Shown here piece after piece: positions 56,095 through 64,000 of a stretch of DNA of 64,000 bases (position 1 is its first letter; the number at the start of each line of letters is the position of its first letter). Under the pieces are notes generated by a model. It had not been told where the DNA came from, made no database searches, and saw only the letters and a program-made list of their open reading frames with translations. The stretch spans positions 400,905 to 464,904 of the forward strand of contig CAWCSR010000003.1 of assembly GCA_963798285.1 (NCBI GenBank), read 5' to 3'. This DNA is from an uncultured Thermoleophilia bacterium (GTDB taxonomy: Bacteria; Actinomycetota; Thermoleophilia; UBA2241). The translations under genes were made by a program, and so were the position numbers.

Positions 56095-56719
56095 CCCCCG
56101 TCCACTGCCTGGCGAGATCGACGGCCGCCACGGCATCTTTGCCAAAGCCGTCCGCGCCGGTGTACGCAACGATCTGCTCGGTGATCGGCGCACCGCCGAT
56201 CATCAGCTTCACGTCGCCACGCATGCCGGCGGCGCCGGCCTCAGTGACCAGGCGTTTCATCGCCTCGATCGCGCTCGTGAGCAGGCAGCTCATGGCGATG
56301 ATCTGCGCCTTCTTCTCGCGCGCTGTCTCGAGGAACGCAGCCACCTTGACGTCGACGCCCAGATTGACGACGTCGAACCCGGCGAGGTCGAGCATCGTCG
56401 CGACGATGTCCTTGCCGATGTCGTGAATGTCACCCTCGATGGTGCCGATGACCACGACGCCGAGCTTCTCCTCGGCCGGCACGCTCGCAAGGTGCGGCTT
56501 GAGCTTGGCGGAAATGCCGGTCATGATCTCGCCGGCCATGATCAGTTCGGGAATGAAGGCCTCGCCGCAGGCGAAGCGCTCCCCGATCGTATCCATCGCG
56601 CGCTTGCAGTCGCTGAGGATGCCGACCGGATCGGCCCCCTCCCCCAGCAGGCGATCGACGATGGCCAGAGCGTCGTCTTCCCGAAGGTCGACCACCGCCT
56701 GGATCAGCTCTTCTGCCAC
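56087..56719 (-). CDS. Corrinoid (B12-binding) protein, class A (intact copy)
   Basis: AFIPELIMAGEIM cap. GDIHDIGKD (DxHxxG). MSCLLTS. LMIGGAP. Ends YTGADGFGKDAVAAVDLARQWTGGE. SD AAAGGAGGAAA. Confidence 0.85.
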   Translation of the reverse strand: MAEELIQAVVDLREDDALAIVDRLLGEGADPVGILSDCKRAMDTIGERFACGEAFIPELIMAGEIMTGISAKLKPHLASVPAEEKLGVVVIGTIEGDIHDIGKDIVATMLDLAGFDVVNLGVDVKVAAFLETAREKKAQIIAMSCLLTSAIEAMKRLVTEAGAAGMRGDVKLMIGGAPITEQIVAYTGADGFGKDAVAAVDLARQWTGGE

Positions 56720-56787
56720 TTTTCCTCCTTTGCGTCGTGCACTTCTGGAATGTGCGCCGCGTCGCCTTTGCGGCCGATTGAGTCAGC

Positions 56788-56816
56788 TTGCCAGCGCCTA
56801 GGACATAATGTATAGG
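56788..56816 (+). promoter_or_regulatory. Sigma-70-like promoter candidate TTGCCA-17-TATAGG in an unusually AT-rich patch
   Basis: -35 at 56788-56793, -10 at 56811-16. The spacer carries the palindrome ACAT-A-ATGT. GTGCAC hexamers flank it at about 56735 and about 56835. Confidence 0.4.
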
Positions 56817-56895
56817 TATTTCCTCGGGAGGCAAGTGCACGCATGGCTGCTGCTAGCATCCGGCCGTGAGGGACACGACGGAAGGCGCCCGGCAA

Positions 56896-57678
56896 ATGGC
56901 GACTATCCCCGCGGGTCGGGGCATCGACAGAGCGTCCTACGAGCCTGCTTACATCCAGCTCGTCAACATCCTGCGGGGCGCCATCGCCAGCGGTCAGTAC
57001 CAGGCCGGCGACCAGCTCCCCACGGAGTCGGAGCTCTGTTCCGCCTACGACGTGAGCCCGATGACGGTGCGCCGCGCCATCGGCATGCTGCTCGATCAGG
57101 GTGCGGTCACCACCACGAGAGGGCGCGGCACGTTCGTGCAGCCGCTGCGCCTCGCCACGGCCACGTTCGACCTCAGCGAGTTCCACGACATCCTGGCCGA
57201 GCCCGGCGTGACCGCCAAGGTAGTCGAGGCGCGCGTGCTGCCCGCCGGTCCGCGCGCCGCCGCCAACCTCGGCGTCCCGGACGGCACCCACGTGGTCTCC
57301 ATCCGCCGCATCCTGCAGCGCGGCGACGAGCCGCTGATCTACCATCGCGAGTCGCTCATCTACGACCCCACGCGCCCGACCATCGAGTCCGAGCTCGACG
57401 TCACCGCCCTGCGCGACATGTTCGAGGGCGGCGTCGGTTCGGGCCCCAAGCGCGGCGAGCTCATCCTCCACGCCTCCGTCCTCACCGAGGAGGAGGCCGG
57501 CCGCCTCACGCTGCCGGCAGGCGGCGCCGCCTGGGTGCTCGAGCACATCTTCTACGGCTACGACGAGCGACCGATCAGCTGGGGCTGCTTCATCTGCCGC
57601 GGCGAGCTGTTCTCGTTCCGCGCCAGTGTGGGCGCCTCGGCGCCCGAGGGCGACAGCGCGAGGAGGAACCGCACATGA
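56896..57678 (+). CDS. GntR/HutC-family regulator (wHTH + UTRA), intact copy
   Basis: MATIPAGRGIDRASYEPAYIQLVNILRGAIASGQYQAGDQLPTESELCSAYDVSPMTVRRAIGMLL. The start is chosen by alignment with the paralog; GTG 56866 is also open. Confidence 0.85.
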   Translation: MATIPAGRGIDRASYEPAYIQLVNILRGAIASGQYQAGDQLPTESELCSAYDVSPMTVRRAIGMLLDQGAVTTTRGRGTFVQPLRLATATFDLSEFHDILAEPGVTAKVVEARVLPAGPRAAANLGVPDGTHVVSIRRILQRGDEPLIYHRESLIYDPTRPTIESELDVTALRDMFEGGVGSGPKRGELILHASVLTEEEAGRLTLPAGGAAWVLEHIFYGYDERPISWGCFICRGELFSFRASVGASAPEGDSARRNRT

Positions 57679-58340
57679 CCGAGTTCGAGGGGCTCGACCC
57701 CGCATCGCTCGCCGCACGCATCGCCGCCCTGGACGAGCAGGGCGCGCTCGACGCGGTCGGCGCACGCATCGCCGCCGGAGACGACCCACTGGTGATCATC
57801 GAGGAGTGCCAGCTCGGCATGCGCTGGGTCGGGGAGCACTATCAGACGGGCAAGTACTTCATCTCCGGCCTCATCATGGCCGGCGAGATCTTCCGCGAGG
57901 CCATGGTCGACCTCGGGCCGCTGCTTCCCGAGGAGACCCCCGAGGCCGGACAGGGCACGGTGCTGCTCTGCACCGTCCGCGGCGACATCCACGACCTGGG
58001 CAAGAACATCGTCACCATGATGCTGCGCTCCTACGGGATCATCGTGCACGACCTGGGAGTGGACGTCTCGCCCGACGAGGTCGTGCGCAAGGCCGTGGAG
58101 CTCAAGCCGGACATCGTCGGCCTCTCCGGCCTCCTGACCGTCGCCACCGACGGCATGAAGGCGACGGTCCAGGCGGTGCGCGACGGAGAGAAGCAGATCG
58201 GCCGCCGCCTGCCGGTCATCATCGGCGGCGGCATCGTCGACGAGCAGACCCGCACCTGGACGGGCGCCGACCTCTGGGCCAACGACGCTTCGCGCGGCGT
58301 GAAGCTCATCCGCGAGCAGATCGCGGCGGCCCGCTTCTGA
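57675..58340 (+). CDS. Corrinoid (B12-binding) protein, class B (intact copy), translationally coupled to GntR
   Basis: ATGA overlap with the GntR stop. AGGAGGAA lies 6 nt upstream. YFISGLIMAGEIFREA. RGDIHDLGKN. GLSGLLTV. VIIGGG. Confidence 0.85.
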   Translation: MTEFEGLDPASLAARIAALDEQGALDAVGARIAAGDDPLVIIEECQLGMRWVGEHYQTGKYFISGLIMAGEIFREAMVDLGPLLPEETPEAGQGTVLLCTVRGDIHDLGKNIVTMMLRSYGIIVHDLGVDVSPDEVVRKAVELKPDIVGLSGLLTVATDGMKATVQAVRDGEKQIGRRLPVIIGGGIVDEQTRTWTGADLWANDASRGVKLIREQIAAARF

Positions 58341-58384
58341 TCCCTGCGGGTCGGCCGTCCGCAGCGGCCTTCCGCCTGCGCTGG

Positions 58385-58414
58385 TTGACAGGCGCCCGCC
58401 CCCTGTCCTACGGT
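58385..58414 (+). promoter_or_regulatory. Promoter candidate TTGACA-18-TACGGT upstream of trpE
   Basis: A consensus -35 hexamer at 58385-58390 and a weak -10 at 58409-58414, about 60 nt before the trpE start. Confidence 0.35.
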
Positions 58415-58472
58415 TCCCAGACCGCCTGTCGGAACGGCAGGCACCCGATGAAGGGCCCGGTGCTCACCGGAG

Positions 58473-60659
<2,187 letters not shown>

Positions 60660-60670
<11 letters not shown>

Positions 60671-61707
60671 TGTCCTGAGCGCGGCGCTGGCGGAGCTGAC
60701 CGCCGGGCGCGACCTCACGCAGGAGGACGCGCGCGCCGTCCTGCTCGAGATCATGGGCGGCCGGGCCGACGGAGGCGCAGACGGCCGCCTTCCTCAGCGC
60801 CCTGCGCGTCAAGGGAGAGACGGCCGAGGAGATCGTCGGCATGGCGCACGCGATGAGCGAGCTGGCCGAGAAGGTCGACGTGGACGCCGACGTGATCCTC
60901 GACACCTGCGGGACCGGCGGCGACCGCGCCGGCACCTTCAACATCTCGACGGCGGCCGCGCTCGTGGCCGCCGGCGCCGGCGTCACCGTCGCCAAGCACG
61001 GCAATCGCTCGGCGACGAGCAAGTGCGGCAGCGCCGACGTGCTCGAGGCGCTCGGCGTGGTCATCGACCTCGCCCCCGAGCACGTGAGCCGCTGCATCGC
61101 CACGTGCGGCATCGGCTTCATGTATGCGCCTCGCCACCACCTGGCCATGAAGTACGTCGCGCCGGTGCGCCGCGAGCTCGGCATGGCGACCACGTTCAAC
61201 CTCATCGGACCGCTGACCAACCCCGCGGGAGCGCGGCACCAGCTCATCGGCGTCGCCGACGCCCGCTACGTCGACCGCATCGCCCAGGCGGTGCGGCTGA
61301 TGGGCAACGCACGCAACCTCATCGTGCACAGCGCCGACGGCCTGGATGAGATCTCGACCACCTGCCCCACCAGCGTGGTCGAGGTGTTCGCCGGTCAGGG
61401 GTACGACGAGCGGTACGAGGTCACGCCGGAGCAGTTCGGGATGGCGCCGGCGCGGCTGGAAGACCTCGCCGGCGGCGACGCGGCAGAGAACGCGGACCTT
61501 CTCCGCGCCGTGGTCGACGGCGAGCCGGGTCCCAAGCTGGACATCGTCCTGCTCAACGCCGGCGCGGCGCTCTACATCGCCGAGGCCGCCGTCAGCATCG
61601 CCGACGGCGTGGAGAAGGCGCGGGCGGCCGTCGCCTCCGGCGCTGCCCGCACCAAGCTTGACCTTCTCGTCGCCATCACCCGCCGGCTGGCGCAGGAGAC
61701 GGCGTGA
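60660..61707 (+). pseudogene. trpD: Anthranilate phosphoribosyltransferase with one +1 frameshift near 60765-60775
   Basis: N-terminus reads …LTQEDARAVLLEIMGGRA. The next frame continues (T/D)EAQTAAFLSALRVKGETAEEIVGMAHAM…DTCGTGGD…KHGNRS…. Confidence 0.85.
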
Positions 61708-62549
61708 GCCGCGCCGGCGCACCCCACGGACCGGCGCCGGCCGGGTTCCTCGCCGAGATGGTCGCCGGCTCACGCCGGCGCGCCGCCTCGGCGCGCTCCG
61801 CCGGCCGCCTCGTCAGGCCGAAGCAGGTCGGCGAACCCGGGCGGCTGCGCGACGCGCTGGCGCGCCCCTCCCGTATCCCCGGCGCGCCCAGCCCGCAGCT
61901 CGCCGTCATCGCCGAGGTCAAGCGCCGCTCGCCCAGCAAGGGCGACATCGCGCCGGACCTCGACGCCGTCGCGCAGGCCCGCGCCTACGAGGCGGCGGGC
62001 GCGGACGCGATCTCGGTGCTCACGGAGCCCACGTACTTCGGCGGCTCGCTCGACGACCTGCGCCACGTGGCCGCGGCGGTGGACCTCCCGGTGCTGCGCA
62101 AGGACTTCATCGTCGACCGCGGGCAGATCTGGGAGGCCGCGGAGGCCGGCGCCGCCGCCATCCTCCTCATCGTCGGCATCCTCGACGACGATCGCCTCCA
62201 CGACCTCTTGATCGAGTCCCTGGACTGCGGCCTCGACCCCCTCGTGGAGGTGCACGACCTGAACGAGACGCGCCGCGCCTGCAAGGCAGGTTGTACGCTT
62301 GTCGGCATCAACAACCGTGACCTGGTGACCATGGAGGTCGACATCGAGACCACAGAGTACCTCGCCCCCGCACTCGGACCGTGCATGTTCCCGGTCAGCG
62401 AGAGCGGCATCTCCTCCCCGGCCGACGCCTGCCGCGCCGCCCTCGCCGGCGCGCGCGCCCTCTTGGTGGGCGAGACGCTGGTCCGCACGCCTCCCAAGGA
62501 CCTGGCCGCCGTCATCGGCCGCCTGAAGGATCCGGGGTGGCCGACATGA
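61704..62549 (+). CDS. trpC: Indole-3-glycerol-phosphate synthase
   Basis: VIAEVKRRSPSKG, ISVLTEPTYFGGS, LRKDFIVD, GINNRDL and ESGI blocks. GTGA overlap with trpD. Confidence 0.9.
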   Translation: MSRAGAPHGPAPAGFLAEMVAGSRRRAASARSAGRLVRPKQVGEPGRLRDALARPSRIPGAPSPQLAVIAEVKRRSPSKGDIAPDLDAVAQARAYEAAGADAISVLTEPTYFGGSLDDLRHVAAAVDLPVLRKDFIVDRGQIWEAAEAGAAAILLIVGILDDDRLHDLLIESLDCGLDPLVEVHDLNETRRACKAGCTLVGINNRDLVTMEVDIETTEYLAPALGPCMFPVSESGISSPADACRAALAGARALLVGETLVRTPPKDLAAVIGRLKDPGWPT

Positions 62550-63208
62550 CCCGCGTCAAGGTCTGCGGCCTGACGCGCGTCGAGGACGTCCGCCTCGCGG
62601 CGGAGCTCGGCGCGTGGGCCGTCGGATTCGTGCTCGCGGAGAGCCCGCGGCACGTCGTCCCTGCCCAGGCCCGCAAGCTCGCAGCAGCGGCCGGCGACGC
62701 CATCACGGTCGCCGTCGTGACCACCCAGACCGCGGCGTGGATCGCCGGCGCCGTGGCCACCGCCGGACTCGCAGCCGTGCAACTCTCGGCCGGGGCCGAC
62801 GGCCCGTCCGTCGCCGACGTGCGCGCCGCCGCGGCCGAAGCCGGCGTCGAGCCGCTCGTGATCGCCGCCGCGGACACCCCCGACGTCGAGCTCGCCGACT
62901 TCGTGCTGCTCGACGCCCGGGCGCCGGGCAACTACGGCGGCACCGGCCGGCGGCTCGACTGGGAGCGCCTCGCCGCCGACCCCGAGACGCCGAGTCACGA
63001 CCTCGTCCTCGCCGGCGGGCTCACGCCGGCCACCGTCAAGGCGGCGATCGCCACCCTCCGCCCGGCCGTCGTCGACGTCTCCGGCGGCGTGGAGTGGGTG
63101 CCGGGCATCAAGGACGCCAAGCGACTGCGTGACTTCTTCGCCGCCGTGGAAAAGGCGGACAAGCAAGCCGCGGCGGACGACGAAGCAGCGAGAAAGGACG
63201 CCGAGTGA
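62546..63208 (+). CDS. trpF: Phosphoribosylanthranilate isomerase
   Basis: [12 protein letters not shown]…GFVLAESPR…LLDA…GGTG…LAGGL…[12 protein letters not shown] overlap with trpC. Confidence 0.85.
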   Translation: MTRVKVCGLTRVEDVRLAAELGAWAVGFVLAESPRHVVPAQARKLAAAAGDAITVAVVTTQTAAWIAGAVATAGLAAVQLSAGADGPSVADVRAAAAEAGVEPLVIAAADTPDVELADFVLLDARAPGNYGGTGRRLDWERLAADPETPSHDLVLAGGLTPATVKAAIATLRPAVVDVSGGVEWVPGIKDAKRLRDFFAAVEKADKQAAADDEAARKDAE

Positions 63209-64000
63209 CCCTCGAGACGCGTTTCGGCCCGTACGGCGGCCGCTTCGTGCCGGAGACGCTCATCCCGGCGCTCGATGAACTGACGGCCGCCTACGAGGAG
63301 GCGGCGGGCGACACGGCCTTCCAGGCCCGGCTCGCCTACCTCCTGACCGACTACGCCGGCCGCCCCACGCCGCTGTTCCACGCGGAGCGGCTGAGCGAGC
63401 GCTGCCAGGCGACCATCCTGCTCAAGCGCGAGGACCTGTGCCACACCGGGGCGCACAAGATCAACAACGTCCTCGGCCAGGCGCTGCTCGCCAGGCGGAT
63501 GGGCAAGCACCGCGTCATCGCCGAGACCGGGGCCGGCCAGCACGGCGTCGCCACCGCGACCGCCTGCGCTCTTCTCGACCTCGAGTGCGTCGTGTACATG
63601 GGCGCCGAGGACGTGCGCCGCCAGGAGCTCAACGTCGTGCGCATGCGCCTGCTCGGCGCCACGGTCGTCCCGGTGGAGAGCGGCTCGCGCACGCTCAAGG
63701 ACGCCATGAACGAGGCGCTGCGCGACTGGGTGACCAACGTGCGCGAGACGTTCTACGTGATCGGCTCCGTGGCCGGACCAGCGCCGTATCCGGCCATGGT
63801 GCGCGACTTCCAGGCGGTGATCGGCGCGGAGACGATCGCCCAGGTGCGCGAGCGCTTCGGCCACCTGCCCGACGAGATCGTGGCGTGTGTCGGCGGGGGT
63901 TCCAACGCGATGGGGATCTTCCACGCGTTCCGGGACCTCGCGTCGGTGCGGCTGACCGGCGTGGAGGCGGCCGGCGAAGGATTGGACGGCCGCCACGGCG
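63205..64000 (+). CDS. trpB: Tryptophan synthase beta chain, 3' end cut by window edge
   Basis: GTGA overlap with trp[34 protein letters not shown] (PLP Lys), [12 protein letters not shown] and GGGSNAMG blocks. Confidence 0.9.
   Translation, partial: MTLETRFGPYGGRFVPETLIPALDELTAAYEEAAGDTAFQARLAYLLTDYAGRPTPLFHAERLSERCQATILLKREDLCHTGAHKINNVLGQALLARRMGKHRVIAETGAGQHGVATATACALLDLECVVYMGAEDVRRQELNVVRMRLLGATVVPVESGSRTLKDAMNEALRDWVTNVRETFYVIGSVAGPAPYPAMVRDFQAVIGAETIAQVRERFGHLPDEIVACVGGGSNAMGIFHAFRDLASVRLTGVEAAGEGLDGRHG

Overview
This is a very GC-rich (about 70% by eye) bacterial chromosomal segment. Gene content looks actinobacterial or Thermoleophilia/Chloroflexi-like. I call about 60 protein genes. 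I recognised no rRNA, tRNA, CRISPR array, transposase, integrase or phage gene. Gene order, left to right: an SPFH protein; an orphan receiver-domain protein; an esterase lipoprotein; a large LuxR/MalT-like regulator; small redox and membrane proteins; a frameshifted MFS pump; a UvrD-like helicase; an ECF-sigma neighbourhood full of low-complexity membrane-anchored proteins; an OmpR/HK pair; a Rieske-FAD reductase; a translationally coupled operon with B12-binding radical SAM enzymes, a GT-C-like membrane protein and an unknown protein, plus a third convergent radical SAM paralog; a NOX-like/FMN-binding/ApbE trio; a second OmpR/HK pair; a broken c-type cytochrome; a TIR-like orphan; BKACE/aminotransferase/deaminase metabolism genes; MMPL and MFS transporters; a mirror-duplicated corrinoid (B12) methyltransferase locus (four B12-binding proteins of two classes, two URO-D/MtaA-like enzymes, two GntR regulators, DUF1638, a CobW-like GTPase); and a tightly coupled trpEGDCFB operon that runs off the right edge. 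The two most interesting candidates are the corrinoid locus (49.1-58.3 kb) and the radical SAM/GT-C operon (21.6-28.6 kb). Caveat: at least ten +/-1 frameshifts interrupt otherwise clean genes, including trpD. Several sit in short G/C runs, so sequencing or assembly indels are more likely than real pseudogenes. All family assignments come from motifs read by eye, not from database searches.
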